Below the pieces are notes generated by a model, which saw only the letters and a list, made by a program, of their open reading frames with translations, did not search any database and was not told where the DNA came from. A DNA stretch of 64,000 bases, taken from the IMG/VR virus record IMGVR_UViG_3300009508_000011, positions 1-64,000 of that record. The stretch is one strand, 5' to 3'. Positions 20,012 through 30,997 of this stretch are shown here, piece by piece. The position numbers were made by a program, and so were the translations under genes. Position 1 is the first letter of the stretch. The number at the start of each line of letters is the position of its first letter.

Positions 20012-21346
20012 CTATTTGTAGTTAGAAAGCGACTTGTTACAAACCGTGATAGCAGCACGAACAGCAGCAAGGCCATTGTTAGTAATGCTAGTATGCGGTT
20101 CTGCAGACCAAGTTGTAAACGACTTAACGAAGTTCATAGCGCTCTTAGGGTAAGCACGAATTTCAGAAGAAGTATCTTCTAAACTAGATTCGGCTTTCTT
20201 AAGAGTATCACCACCCTTTTCAATGTCGTTAACAAGACCTTTGATAGTCTTGATGTTCTTTCCGCGCTCCCAAGCTTCAACACCGTCAACGATGTCAATA
20301 CAGAAATCAACAATTGATTTGATATCGGCTACAGCAAGTGTATCGATTTCAAGTTCTTCGATTGCGTCTTGTGAACGTTCGAAAGTAGACATGATACGAA
20401 CAGTGCGACCACGGAAACCTTCAGCAACGCCTAATGTACCAGCACCAGCTTCTTTTTCTGGTTCTTGTACAAAGATAGACATGTTACCAGGTAAGGCAGT
20501 ACCATAAACTTTAACGTTTTCAGAGAAACGACGGTCTTTGGTTTTAACTTCAGAAGCATCAAATGCTTTCTTGATTTTGCCCCAATCGTTATCGAATGCA
20601 TGAACCTTAGCAAGAGCAGAAGCATGTTGTTCAACAGTCCAGTCTTTACCAGGTTTGTATTCTTTAAGACCAGCTTTGATTACATCGCCACGGTCAATTA
20701 CACAACGAGTGTATGTATCGAACAAGCCATCAACAACAGCCTTAACAGTTTCAAGAGCATCTTGGATGTCTTTAGCTGACTTAGGAGCAACGTTGTTAAC
20801 AACTAATGGGTTGCCTGCGCTACCTACATCGGTTTTGCTTTCTTCAATTGATTTATCGATGTAGCCATCAGCACGTTCACGTAAAGCAATTAACTGCTTA
20901 CGAAGACGAGGTAATGCACCGAAGATTTTGTGGAAGAAGTCATCAACACGCTTCCAAATCTTTTTAACGAATTCTTTAATCGCTTTCCAGATATCCTGAG
21001 CGATAGATTTGATACCTTCAACAGATACCGTTTGACCTTCAGCACTTTCAAGACCAGGAGTAACAACCTCACCAGTGTGGATTGAACCAGCCATTGCTAA
21101 ATCAGAAGCTACGTCGATAAGACCAAGTTCGATAGCAGTAGCGCTTTCGATACCAGTAGAAACAGCAGCAAGGTTTTCTAAACCAGTTGCTAAGTCTTCA
21201 AAGCGGTCAGCTTCTTCGCCAAGTTGTACGATGTCCATGTGTGCTTCTACAGAAGCAACGATTGCGTTAGCTTGTTCAATTTCATCAAGCTCAACACGAG
21301 GAGCATGTTGTTGAGACACGCTACCAATAGTATTTAATCGAGACAT
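20012..21346 (-). CDS. Internal head (inner body) protein, gp93/95/97 family
   Basis: 444 aa; propeptide ending near VSVE; IWKAIKEFVKKIWKRVDDFF amphipathic helix. Confidence 0.8.
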   Translation of the reverse strand: MSRLNTIGSVSQQHAPRVELDEIEQANAIVASVEAHMDIVQLGEEADRFEDLATGLENLAAVSTGIESATAIELGLIDVASDLAMAGSIHTGEVVTPGLESAEGQTVSVEGIKSIAQDIWKAIKEFVKKIWKRVDDFFHKIFGALPRLRKQLIALRERADGYIDKSIEESKTDVGSAGNPLVVNNVAPKSAKDIQDALETVKAVVDGLFDTYTRCVIDRGDVIKAGLKEYKPGKDWTVEQHASALAKVHAFDNDWGKIKKAFDASEVKTKDRRFSENVKVYGTALPGNMSIFVQEPEKEAGAGTLGVAEGFRGRTVRIMSTFERSQDAIEELEIDTLAVADIKSIVDFCIDIVDGVEAWERGKNIKTIKGLVNDIEKGGDTLKKAESSLEDTSSEIRAYPKSAMNFVKSFTTWSAEPHTSITNNGLAAVRAAITVCNKSLSNYK

Positions 21347-21375
21347 TTGTGAATCCCTAAATTGAGTTCAAAAAA

Positions 21376-21399
21376 CTAGGGAGTCCGAAGACTCCCTAG
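21376..21399 (-). terminator. Terminator between head paralogues
   Basis: CTAGGGAGTC-CGAA-GACTCCCTAG with a T-run on the minus strand. Confidence 0.85.
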
Positions 21400-21432
21400 A
21401 GCTTTCAGTAGTTCTTAGCTATCGCTAACTAA

Positions 21433-22740
21433 TTAGTCGTATTGACCAAGTGACTTGTCACAAACTTCCAATGCAGCTTTAGCAGAAGTTATTGCTGCAC
21501 CAGTGAAACCATTGATTGGGTTCTGTAGTGCTTTCTGCGCGGCAGAGTAAGAAGCATTTGCTACTTTCTCAGCTGCTTTACCAGCTGAACCTAGGTCATT
21601 TTTACCTAGAGCATCGCCAAGTTTCAATGCTGACTTATCAGCAGCTTCTAAGTTTTTAGCGTGCTTGAAGTAATCGCTTTCGAAAGAAATGATTTCTTCA
21701 GCTAATGCTACAACTTGCTCAGCAATGTTTTTAGCAACGTCAGGAACTACAGCTTCAAACTCTTGGTCTTCTTTGAACTTAGGTGCTTCACCTTCAAATT
21801 CATAGCTAACGCCAAGTTTGTCAATGTTAGTTTTTAATGCAGTTGCATCATCACCGCCAGTAGGTGCAGTCACTACGAACTTACGACCACCAAGGAATGT
21901 ATCACTTGGGTAGTCAGTTGGGTAAGCACCAATAATGTCAACGTCCATGAATTTACCGGCAGCGATAAATTTACTTACGTCAGAACTTTGTAGGTCTTCT
22001 TTAGAAGCGCCAGCAAGTTTATCCATTGCACCAGCAATTTCACCAGCGAAATCACTAACGCCTTTAGAATTTTTACCGTACAAAGAAGTAGCTGTAGAAG
22101 TTAAGCTCTTAACGCCATCTGCAAGGTCATTTACATTGAAAGCACCATCAGTACCCATTAACGCTTTACCGAAAGAACCAAGTTTGATTTTTTCTGCGCC
22201 TTCTTTCTTAGTGCCTTTTTTGTCAACAGCTTTCTTAGCGATGCCTTCAGCACGTTTCTTCAACATTGCAGCACCAGAGAAAACTTTCTTAAACCAGGCA
22301 AAAACTTTCTGGCGAACTTCTTTGAACTTCTTAACTAAGTATTCCCAAAGCTGCTTAGCTTTGTCTTTGATAGCTTCAACAGAAACTTGAGTAGCTTCTA
22401 ATTGAGTGCTTGTTCCGCCGAATGCTTCAACAGAGATAACAGCATCAGAAGCAGAAAGACCAACACGTGACATGTGTGATTCAACAGAAACTTCTAACAT
22501 GCCAGCAGCTTGGCGGTCAAGACCACCGTCAGCGATTGAAGAGGCAGCTTGCTCAGCGATAGATTCAAGTGAACCGATAACGTTATCAAGGTCACCACAC
22601 AATGCCATGTCAGCTTCGATTTGTAGAGCTTCTACAGCTACTTCAGATTGAATAGCTTCAAGGCCTTCAGATGAACCGATTTCTACATTGGCGTATTTTG
22701 ATTGGGCAATTTGTGCCCCGATTTGATTTAAACGACTCAT
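21433..22740 (-). CDS. Internal head (inner body) protein, gp93/95/97 family
   Basis: 435 aa paralogue of 20012-21346; several SVE/SLE sites. Confidence 0.8.
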   Translation of the reverse strand: MSRLNQIGAQIAQSKYANVEIGSSEGLEAIQSEVAVEALQIEADMALCGDLDNVIGSLESIAEQAASSIADGGLDRQAAGMLEVSVESHMSRVGLSASDAVISVEAFGGTSTQLEATQVSVEAIKDKAKQLWEYLVKKFKEVRQKVFAWFKKVFSGAAMLKKRAEGIAKKAVDKKGTKKEGAEKIKLGSFGKALMGTDGAFNVNDLADGVKSLTSTATSLYGKNSKGVSDFAGEIAGAMDKLAGASKEDLQSSDVSKFIAAGKFMDVDIIGAYPTDYPSDTFLGGRKFVVTAPTGGDDATALKTNIDKLGVSYEFEGEAPKFKEDQEFEAVVPDVAKNIAEQVVALAEEIISFESDYFKHAKNLEAADKSALKLGDALGKNDLGSAGKAAEKVANASYSAAQKALQNPINGFTGAAITSAKAALEVCDKSLGQYD

Positions 22741-22753
22741 TTAAGAGTACTCC

Positions 22754-23293
22754 CTAGTTTGTTGCAACAAAGTTGGATTGGTTGCCGAATAAAACGACTA
22801 ACGTACATAACATATCGTTCACACCGTTTGGTTGTTGTAACCAGCGAGTGTATACGGACTCACACGGTTGTGAAGACCGTTTCATACGTGGCGAATTACC
22901 AGGCGGTAAGGATTTGAGAGGATGATAAATTATTTTTTCATCTTCTCCGTGGAATTCCACCAGCTGACGTCGGGTGTTAACACCCATCGGTCTATTACCT
23001 GTCTCAATAAATGAAACGGTATCTTGAAGGAAATCATAACTATAGTCAGATACACCAACAAGAGCACGGCGCTCATATATGGAAGATAAATGTTGAATTG
23101 GATTCTGGCCAAGTAATGTCTTAGCCGTACGAACCAATCTACCAATGAAATCCATAGAAACATTTTTAGACGTTGAGGTTCTATACTCAGCGTACAATGC
23201 TTCTACTTCAGGAGTGGCGAGGACTCGAACTTTCTCCCCCGCCTTAGGTGAGCCGAAGCAGAAGCCGAATGGACTAACTGCTACTTTACTCAT
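22754..23293 (-). CDS. Conserved head-cluster protein (gp91/92-like)
   Basis: ATG 23293 overlaps upstream stop; 179 aa. Confidence 0.65.
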   Translation of the reverse strand: MSKVAVSPFGFCFGSPKAGEKVRVLATPEVEALYAEYRTSTSKNVSMDFIGRLVRTAKTLLGQNPIQHLSSIYERRALVGVSDYSYDFLQDTVSFIETGNRPMGVNTRRQLVEFHGEDEKIIYHPLKSLPPGNSPRMKRSSQPCESVYTRWLQQPNGVNDMLCTLVVLFGNQSNFVATN

Positions 23294-24170
23294 CTTCAAA
23301 CATCTCCTGAGTTTGGAACTGTAACTTTTGAACACGAGCTTCATATCGCTCGATTATTTCTTCAAGTTTGGCATCCTTCTTACCTTCACGCTGATTGCGC
23401 AAGTGAGCAAGTTTGAATTCCAGAAGTTCTTTTTCTTCTTCTGCTTGACGCAAGCGGTGTACCTGCCATTTAATCCAAGCCATGCGAATATGATAGGCTG
23501 GGTTAAGGCGAGCACTGATAAAACCAAAACCGTTAGGGTCAATCTTATTTGAACCAACTGTTTCTTTAACCACTGCGATAGCTTCTGGTTTAACCTGCAT
23601 GTCAGGAATTTCTTCAAACTCTTTCTTAAGAACTTTTTCTTTCTTTAAGTTTGCTTTAACACAAACTAGGAAATCATTGAAGCGTTTTTCAATCCATCGT
23701 AGGTCACGAGAAAGAGCTTTGTCAACAGTGCCAGTATTACCCATAGCTTCTAAGCCGTAAGTAACTAACAATAAACGTCGAGCGTAAATTGACATAAAGC
23801 TCATTGATTCGATGTACTGGTTAATGTTAACCTTTAGGTAGGTCATCCCATCACGTACTACATCGTTGGAGTAGTGCTTATCAACTAACTCAATAACAGT
23901 TCCCACGTTTTTGGTACTTTGCTCAAGTGCAGTTCTTGCAAGCAATACAAGGTTCTTAGCTCGATGGTCAACTCTACGGTCTGCTATTTTCTGCAGTGCC
24001 AAGATATCTCTTGACTTAAAAGTGTAGTTCTTATCAAAGAACTCAGACGCACTAACGTAAGGAGGAATGGACTTACCATCCAATTCCTCTTTAAGATTAC
24101 GTAAGTCTTCTTTAATCTGCACTTTTTCCATAGAGGGTAACATTGAGCGAATGTAATTTTCGACTTTCAT
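23286..24170 (-). CDS. Internal head protein (gp90-like)
   Basis: 294 aa; GFISARLNPAYHIRM motif; synteny. Confidence 0.7.
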   Translation of the reverse strand: MKVENYIRSMLPSMEKVQIKEDLRNLKEELDGKSIPPYVSASEFFDKNYTFKSRDILALQKIADRRVDHRAKNLVLLARTALEQSTKNVGTVIELVDKHYSNDVVRDGMTYLKVNINQYIESMSFMSIYARRLLLVTYGLEAMGNTGTVDKALSRDLRWIEKRFNDFLVCVKANLKKEKVLKKEFEEIPDMQVKPEAIAVVKETVGSNKIDPNGFGFISARLNPAYHIRMAWIKWQVHRLRQAEEEKELLEFKLAHLRNQREGKKDAKLEEIIERYEARVQKLQFQTQEMFEDE

Positions 24171-24181
24171 GTTTACTCCGT

Positions 24182-25264
24182 TTAGAATTGTGGGGAATTA
24201 CCAAGTTGATAAGCCTTTAGAATCTCACCAACATCAGGGCCAGTACCTTTGTTCAATGACTTAAGTTCTTTAACGGCTAGTTGGGTTGGTTCTTCGATAC
24301 CACGATGGTAGATTGTAATTTGTTCCCACTCAGTATCAATGACCATCATAATCATTGTAAGAGTGTTCTCAAACATACGCTCACGGTCTTTAAAGCGTTT
24401 CATCTTGCCACCCAAATCTTTTTCGATTTGACGGCGAGTTTGGTCGCTTACGATAACCATTGCAGATGCATTGTTCACTGATGGCTCACCAGAGAATATT
24501 CCAGCGATACGATTCTTAGTCCGGCGATTGGCTAGCGTTGCAATCGTACCGTCCTTGTCCTGTATCATAGCCTTCTTATTCGCATCGATAAGGTCACTAC
24601 AGAGAACAATATCTCTCCAAAGCGAAAGTTCTTTTGCGTCCCATTGGATGTAACGCATTCGAGCTGAGGTGTCTTTCGCCTTACCGGCCATAAGCTTGAC
24701 AATAGCGTCTTGACCAGTGCTCTTAACACGTAGTCTAACAGACACATCAATATCGGCTTCGTGGCCATTTTCTTTAATCTGTACTTTAAGTAATTTACCT
24801 ACAGCAAGATTAGAAGCATCTGCTAATTTAGCATGTGCTCCAGAGTCAGTTCTTGAACTTGAGTCGTCTTCTTTACCACGACGTGAACGACGTGCTTCAG
24901 TTGAAACCGTCGGAAGCCCAACATCATATGACTCCATAGATAAAAACGAGCTGAAAGAACCAGCCGCAGATTTAACTGGAGAACGTTCAGTGCTAAGTTT
25001 ATCGAGTAGACGTGCTACGTCAACATTACCTACGTTAGTAGAGATACTAACTGCTTGTAAGTAATAGCCTGAAAAGATGCTTACTAATGAATGTAGAGCA
25101 TCGGTAATGTATGGTTGCTGGCGTAAGTTCTGGTCTAAGATAACTATCGGCTCAACACGAGTATCTTTAGTATACTCGATTAATGATTCAGAAGTGGCGC
25201 TACGCATTAGGTCGGTTACACGCCCTACCACTGAAAGGGTAGTGTCTACACTGTCCTTATACAT
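24182..25264 (-). CDS. Internal head protein (gp89-like)
   Basis: 360 aa; SLIEYTKDTRVEPIV, SGYYLQAV and SME motifs; synteny. Confidence 0.75.
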   Translation of the reverse strand: MYKDSVDTTLSVVGRVTDLMRSATSESLIEYTKDTRVEPIVILDQNLRQQPYITDALHSLVSIFSGYYLQAVSISTNVGNVDVARLLDKLSTERSPVKSAAGSFSSFLSMESYDVGLPTVSTEARRSRRGKEDDSSSRTDSGAHAKLADASNLAVGKLLKVQIKENGHEADIDVSVRLRVKSTGQDAIVKLMAGKAKDTSARMRYIQWDAKELSLWRDIVLCSDLIDANKKAMIQDKDGTIATLANRRTKNRIAGIFSGEPSVNNASAMVIVSDQTRRQIEKDLGGKMKRFKDRERMFENTLTMIMMVIDTEWEQITIYHRGIEEPTQLAVKELKSLNKGTGPDVGEILKAYQLGNSPQF

Positions 25265-25293
25265 GTTTTCTTTCCCCTTAGGAGTTAAGTTAA

Positions 25294-26388
25294 ATGTCTG
25301 ACAACAACAACGACAACCTTGGCTATAAGAACCAATCTGCTGTTCGCGATGCCGTATCTAAAGTAGGGAGTTCCAGAGGGGAACTCTCTAAGGCGGCCAC
25401 TAATGCGTTTTATGGCTTCAATCACCGTAATATTGGTTCACAAGTAAAGCCAAATAGCGATAACCACGGGTTAACGTTTTTTACCCGCCCTAGACTAAAT
25501 TTGTCATATGATAATATAGCTGGGGTGCGTACTTTTGCTCCGCTGCTTACCGGCGACGCCTTTACAATGGCAAGAGCAGTGCGAAGTATTCTAGACCCAG
25601 TATCACATAAAGGGATTGAAAAGCCAGGAATAGGACCTTTACAGTGTCCCATGGTGGACCCCCTCAATCCGTTTATACCTATACTATCAAACTTATTAAC
25701 TAGTGTTTCTGGTTGGCCTGATTCGGTAATGGATACACATACTTCACCCAATGGTCTCGCTAATGAATCATGGAGTATGATTGATTCACTACCCATGGAC
25801 TACAGTACTAATGACATTACAGTTAATCTACGTAATATATCAGGTGACCCCATTAGTTTACTCATGCATATCTGGACACAGTACGCCGCTCGTGTATCTG
25901 AAGGTAGTATGATGCCATGGCCAGAAGCCATTGCTGAAAATGAAAAGGATTACGATACTAGAATTTATCGTCTAGTCTTAGATAGTCGCCGTAAGTACGT
26001 TACGAAGATAGCTGCTTGTGGATACGGTGCTCCATACGTAAACCCACTAGGTGCTGACTTCAATTACGATTCAACACAACCAATGGTGCAAGACAACTTA
26101 GAAAAGTCTATACCTTTCAAGTGTAGTGGTTTTATATATAACGACCCCATTTTAATTATAGAGTTTAATACTCTAGTGACCTCGTTTAATAAAGCTATGG
26201 GTAATTCACTTCGTGACCAATTAATGGTTAAATTAAAGGACGAAGAAAAAGATTACTTTAACTATCAATCATATCCTCGTATAAACGAGAATGGTACGAT
26301 GGAACTTGAATGGTGGGTAAATAAACAAGACTATCTAGATGCAGCCGAAGAGTTGAAACAATTTAACCCCAATCAATATATTAGATAG
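25294..26388 (+). CDS. Virion structural protein (gp88-like)
   Basis: 364 aa; GLTFFTRPRLNLSYDNI motif; synteny. Confidence 0.75.
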   Translation: MSDNNNDNLGYKNQSAVRDAVSKVGSSRGELSKAATNAFYGFNHRNIGSQVKPNSDNHGLTFFTRPRLNLSYDNIAGVRTFAPLLTGDAFTMARAVRSILDPVSHKGIEKPGIGPLQCPMVDPLNPFIPILSNLLTSVSGWPDSVMDTHTSPNGLANESWSMIDSLPMDYSTNDITVNLRNISGDPISLLMHIWTQYAARVSEGSMMPWPEAIAENEKDYDTRIYRLVLDSRRKYVTKIAACGYGAPYVNPLGADFNYDSTQPMVQDNLEKSIPFKCSGFIYNDPILIIEFNTLVTSFNKAMGNSLRDQLMVKLKDEEKDYFNYQSYPRINENGTMELEWWVNKQDYLDAAEELKQFNPNQYIR

Positions 26389-26399
26389 AGGATTTAATA

Positions 26400-29306
26400 A
26401 TGGATAATATCCAATCTAGTGAATTACTTAATGACTTGGAAAAGTTTAGGAAGAATCCTAATGCCGTCCAGCGTTCAGTGTACTCACTTTTAGAAAAAGC
26501 CTCGGACGGTAGATTAAACATTATCGACCCAACTAACCCATTCTCCTTGTTATTAGAAAGTGCTGCAGTAATGAGCGCTGACGGTCTGAGTGAATGTGAA
26601 GCACTGACTCGTAGAGTATACCCTAAGTTGGTATCTAATGAAGACGAGTTATACGGACACATCTCAGATATGGAATATGTTGGTGTTTGGGGTTCTCCAA
26701 GTAGCAGTAACTTTCTATTCATGTTTAACGTGGATGAACTTAAGTCGTTATCTAAACAGATTACTGGTTCAACTAACCGTAAGTTGGTAATACCTAGAGA
26801 GACTCGTGTACAGGTAGCTAATGCTAATTTTAGTTTTTCCTACCCGATAGAGATAATCTTTGCTGCGTCTGGTGCTATCAGTGTTCTTTACGATACTTCT
26901 ATTCAATCGCCTTTCATGGCCTTGGAATCTAACGTCATCAATTTCAGAACTATGGTACATGATGGACACAATGTAATTATGTTTGAAGTTCCGGGTATGC
27001 AGTATACTATAGATTCGTCTATAGCATCTCTATCCAGCGCTAGTGGCTTCTCAACCACTATGTCTATACCAAACTACTTATATTACTGTAGAGTCTATCA
27101 CAGAGCCATTGGTGGTGACTGGGAAGAAATGGCCACTACTCACTCTGGTCAAGTTTATGATTCTGGTGTTCCAACGGCTACGTTAAAATACGTGGATTCG
27201 AAATTACGTGTTAAAGTTCCTGAGATATATTTTAATAAGGGACTGATGGGTGCGGATATACGAATTGATGTATACTCTACACGTGGTGATGTTCAATTGG
27301 CCTTGGCTGAATATCCACCTAATGCTGTAAAGGTTAGATGGACCGATTTAAACCACACTGATGAAGGCAGGTACACGGCTCCGTTATCCCAACTTACACA
27401 TAGTGTAATTGTTGGTACTGATGTTACCTCTGGCGGTAGTAATGGATTATCTTTCACTGAGCTACAGAACAGAACTGTTCGTAACTCTACTTATAAACCT
27501 GCTCCTGTAACTGAATACGATTTAAACAACGTATTGGAAGATAAAGGATACAATGTATTAAGTGTGATTGATAACGTGACTGACCGTACGTTCCTTGCGT
27601 CTAGAGCCATGCCTGCCCCAGTTGGTGGCCTAAGTTCTAGTCCTATAGGTACTACTGTAGAATCTATTCGCAGTTACCCTGAACTATTGTCTACGTTATC
27701 TACTGTACACTACAGTAATAAGGTTTGGAGTATTATGCCAAATACTCTATATAAGCGAGACGGTGAATCCATTACTTACGTGAGTGACATAGAGCGTCTA
27801 GAGCTAGAAGCCTCTTCAGGGGATGAACTGATATCGTTATTGGAACAAGAAGAATATTTCTTCAGTCCTTTCTTAACGGTTATGGATACTAACGATGATG
27901 TATTTGAATATAACAACTACTACATCGATGGTCCAGTCATCAATAATAAGTTCTTTGCCGCTGCCAATAGTAAAGTTGATTTTAAGGCCACCATAGGTGA
28001 TATATCTATTTACAGAGCACCTAACGGTTACGAGTTAGCAATCACTGTTAAGGGTGCGGTTGGTCATGAAGAATTACATCCTAGTAAAATAGGTCTTCAG
28101 TTAGCCTACCGTCCGGGCGGACAGATACAAAGAACCTACATTGACGGCGTTAACTACGGTAGAGATGCTGATGGTAACGTTATCTTTAGGTTCCCTATCG
28201 ATACTAAGTTTGAAGTACTTAAGGAACATCAGCTCCAGATAGAAAACTTCAATATGGTTGAGGGCGATACTTTAATGTATCCGGTAACTCCAGATACTGA
28301 GTTTGATTTCATACACTACATTAGTAATGTTGGACTCGATGTCGATAAGAGAGATGACCTACATGACATACTTGGTAAACCATTTGCTCCTGAAGATGCC
28401 ATTGTAATAACTCACGAAACAGCTAACATCAGATTGTTCGAGAGTCTAGATGGACTCATCAATCGTTCACGTGTAAGTATAAATGAACCAACATATGCAG
28501 TTTGGGATAGAGATGTTCCTAGCGTATATAAAGATGATGTTTATCAACGTGAAGCCGATACTGGACATTTAGTTTTAGTTGAGAATGATGGTGTATTTGA
28601 ACCTATACTACTACACTCTGAGGGTGACCCAGTGTTAGACAGTGAAGGTGTTCAATTGTACGACTTCCGTCAGGGTGACTATAAACTTGATGAGAAAGGG
28701 GAGCGTGTGGTTATTGGTAGTAACGGTGCGGTTTATTTCATAGAACAGATGTTGTTAGATGGTAGGTATCGCTTTGCTACTGAATCTGGTACTACTACTT
28801 ACCTAACTAACGTAGCTAATACGATAGTAAATTGGGTTAAGAACGACATTGAATCTATTGCTGATAAACTACTGGCAAGAACCGATTTGCTATTCTCACC
28901 TAAGAAGTCAAGTGGTACGTTAACTGCCTACTCTGTAGTTGGTGAACCTAAGAACATCAAAGCTGCTATCAGTGCACGTGTTGACCTGTATGTTAGTTAC
29001 AACGCATATTCCAATGCATCCATTAGGGGTAGTATAATAGATTCTGTAAAAGAAACTGTTATTGATGAACTTGGTAAATCTGAAATATCCACTGGTTCAA
29101 TTCACGATAAGTTAAGAAAGTTAGTTAGTGATGATGTTATCACTATTAAAGTACACTCATTCAACGGTGACTCTAACTTAGATGCGTTTGTTGTGGATAA
29201 TGATTCTGTAGGTTGTAGCCTAGCTAAATTACTAGAGCGTCAACCAGATGGGTCAATAGCACTAGTTGATGATTTGGAGATAAACTTCATACGTCACAAA
29301 AACTAA
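26400..29306 (+). CDS. Large virion/baseplate wedge protein (gp87-like)
   Basis: 968 aa; DPTNPFSLLLE, GGSNGLSFTEL motifs; synteny. Confidence 0.75.
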   Translation: MDNIQSSELLNDLEKFRKNPNAVQRSVYSLLEKASDGRLNIIDPTNPFSLLLESAAVMSADGLSECEALTRRVYPKLVSNEDELYGHISDMEYVGVWGSPSSSNFLFMFNVDELKSLSKQITGSTNRKLVIPRETRVQVANANFSFSYPIEIIFAASGAISVLYDTSIQSPFMALESNVINFRTMVHDGHNVIMFEVPGMQYTIDSSIASLSSASGFSTTMSIPNYLYYCRVYHRAIGGDWEEMATTHSGQVYDSGVPTATLKYVDSKLRVKVPEIYFNKGLMGADIRIDVYSTRGDVQLALAEYPPNAVKVRWTDLNHTDEGRYTAPLSQLTHSVIVGTDVTSGGSNGLSFTELQNRTVRNSTYKPAPVTEYDLNNVLEDKGYNVLSVIDNVTDRTFLASRAMPAPVGGLSSSPIGTTVESIRSYPELLSTLSTVHYSNKVWSIMPNTLYKRDGESITYVSDIERLELEASSGDELISLLEQEEYFFSPFLTVMDTNDDVFEYNNYYIDGPVINNKFFAAANSKVDFKATIGDISIYRAPNGYELAITVKGAVGHEELHPSKIGLQLAYRPGGQIQRTYIDGVNYGRDADGNVIFRFPIDTKFEVLKEHQLQIENFNMVEGDTLMYPVTPDTEFDFIHYISNVGLDVDKRDDLHDILGKPFAPEDAIVITHETANIRLFESLDGLINRSRVSINEPTYAVWDRDVPSVYKDDVYQREADTGHLVLVENDGVFEPILLHSEGDPVLDSEGVQLYDFRQGDYKLDEKGERVVIGSNGAVYFIEQMLLDGRYRFATESGTTTYLTNVANTIVNWVKNDIESIADKLLARTDLLFSPKKSSGTLTAYSVVGEPKNIKAAISARVDLYVSYNAYSNASIRGSIIDSVKETVIDELGKSEISTGSIHDKLRKLVSDDVITIKVHSFNGDSNLDAFVVDNDSVGCSLAKLLERQPDGSIALVDDLEINFIRHKN

Positions 29307-29319
29307 AAGACGGCATAAA

Positions 29320-29341
29320 GGAGTGGTCTACTGACCACTCC
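29320..29341. terminator. Bidirectional terminator flanked by ACGGCATAA
   Basis: GGAGTGGTC-TACT-GACCACTCC between convergent genes. Confidence 0.85.
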
Positions 29342-29354
29342 TGTCTTTATGCTG

Positions 29355-30590
29355 TTAGGTAGATTTCTTAGCATTGGCAAATGCGTCTTCAACAATTTTA
29401 TTGGTAAGTTTAATACCTTTAAAGAGAGAGCGTTTACCTTTGATTGAAACCATAGTCATAATCCTAATGAAGTTATTGGTAGTGCGGATAACCGTCAACT
29501 GTAAGTTAATAGCATCACGTACCATCTTAACGTCAGTAGAACTTAGTGCTAGTTTCTCTAAGTCATCACCACCAAGTTTATTGATTTTATCTTTAAGCTT
29601 TTCAAATGCCTTGGTGTAATCATCTACGCTATCAAACAGTTCTTCGTCAGACTTTTCAAAATTGAGACTAGCCTTCAATTCATCTAGGAAAGGACGAACC
29701 TTGTTTAGTTTACCAGCGTAGTGTTTAATGATTATTTCGTTACCTACTTCACTAGATTCTAGCTCACGAACCTTATCTTCAAGTTTGCGATAAGACTCTG
29801 CTACTTTACTGATGTCTGAAACATCACCACCACCTATTCCCAAATTACTAAACTGGCTAGTGAGGAACTTAGAGGCTGTAGCTGTGATACCTTTAGATGC
29901 TTTAGTTGGTACCGTAAGTAAATCTTGATGTGTTGCAAAGAATGCATCACCACCTTTCAATTTACCGTAGGCTTGTATGAATTTCTGAGTAGTTGATACC
30001 ATCTCTTCATACATGTCAATTATAAAGTCGTTGATGCCGTTGTACATGTTAACGTCTGGGTTGACTAATATCTTAACATCCCATTCATTCATCTTTGTAT
30101 TATCAACTACATCTTTAATAACTTTAACATTGGCAAAGGCAGCCTTTATAACATCGCCAGCATCTACCGTAACCTTTTCGATGGTCTTATCCAGAATTTC
30201 TTCATGTTTAGCAATGGCTCCATCTTTCTTAGAGTCTCCATCACCGAATAACCATTCAAAAGGCTTAATGAATAATTTCAAGACGCCGAATATCAAATTA
30301 AATATTAATTCGAATATCTTCCCGATTCCATTAGCAATACCTTCCCAGAATCCTTCGACTGCTACATTTACGTTAGTCTTAGTTGGGAACATAGTGAACA
30401 TGTTCGGGGTCACTGATTCTAAGGACGGAACCTGATTGATAATTGTCATACCGGTCTCACGGTCAACAGTGTTGCTAGATTCAATCGAAACGAAAGCACC
30501 TAGCAAATCATTCTGTCCATCAACAATCAGAGCGGCTTCTTGAGAAACTTGAGCATGTAGTGCGTCTAATTCTTCAAGAAACGTTTCCAT
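29355..30590 (-). CDS. Virion head protein with cleavable propeptide (gp86-like)
   Basis: 411 aa; SIE/SLE/AVE sites followed by GFWEGIANGIGKIFELIF helix. Confidence 0.65.
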   Translation of the reverse strand: METFLEELDALHAQVSQEAALIVDGQNDLLGAFVSIESSNTVDRETGMTIINQVPSLESVTPNMFTMFPTKTNVNVAVEGFWEGIANGIGKIFELIFNLIFGVLKLFIKPFEWLFGDGDSKKDGAIAKHEEILDKTIEKVTVDAGDVIKAAFANVKVIKDVVDNTKMNEWDVKILVNPDVNMYNGINDFIIDMYEEMVSTTQKFIQAYGKLKGGDAFFATHQDLLTVPTKASKGITATASKFLTSQFSNLGIGGGDVSDISKVAESYRKLEDKVRELESSEVGNEIIIKHYAGKLNKVRPFLDELKASLNFEKSDEELFDSVDDYTKAFEKLKDKINKLGGDDLEKLALSSTDVKMVRDAINLQLTVIRTTNNFIRIMTMVSIKGKRSLFKGIKLTNKIVEDAFANAKKST

Positions 30591-30994
30591 TATTTAACCC
30601 CTAGTACCTGATAGATGAAGTTAAGGTCATCGGCACAGTCAGTGTATTCGGCTTTCATTGCAGCAACAGTACCAACCATTGGGAAGTGTACTAATTCATA
30701 ACGCTTCTTCCAAAGACGATATACTTCAGCTTGTACCGCATCTACATTAACAACTACGTGTTCATTAATCTTACCGATTAATTCATTAGCGTTAATAGCG
30801 TTAACGTTCATGTAGTGTATTTTAGGATTGTTCTCTAAGCGAGACGATGGTAATTCAAGTTTAGCTGCTACAATAGCCGCTACGAACTTGGTTTGTAGTG
30901 CTTCACGTTTTTCTAATGGAATATTACCATTGTCAAACGCCACGCGTAACACACGTACGCGACTAATCATTTCTTTTATTTGTTCAATAGACAT
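30590..30994 (-). CDS. Small virion protein (gp85-like)
   Basis: 134 aa, coupled to neighbours. Confidence 0.65.
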   Translation of the reverse strand: MSIEQIKEMISRVRVLRVAFDNGNIPLEKREALQTKFVAAIVAAKLELPSSRLENNPKIHYMNVNAINANELIGKINEHVVVNVDAVQAEVYRLWKKRYELVHFPMVGTVAAMKAEYTDCADDLNFIYQVLGVK

Positions 30995-30997
30995 GGC

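Noticed and set aside
21935-22390. Long antisense ORFs opposite head and capsid genes (also 30013-30435, 42238-42696, 54579-54965)
   Set aside because: Shadow ORFs caused by strong codon bias of the sense genes; no RBS and S/L/T-rich nonsense composition
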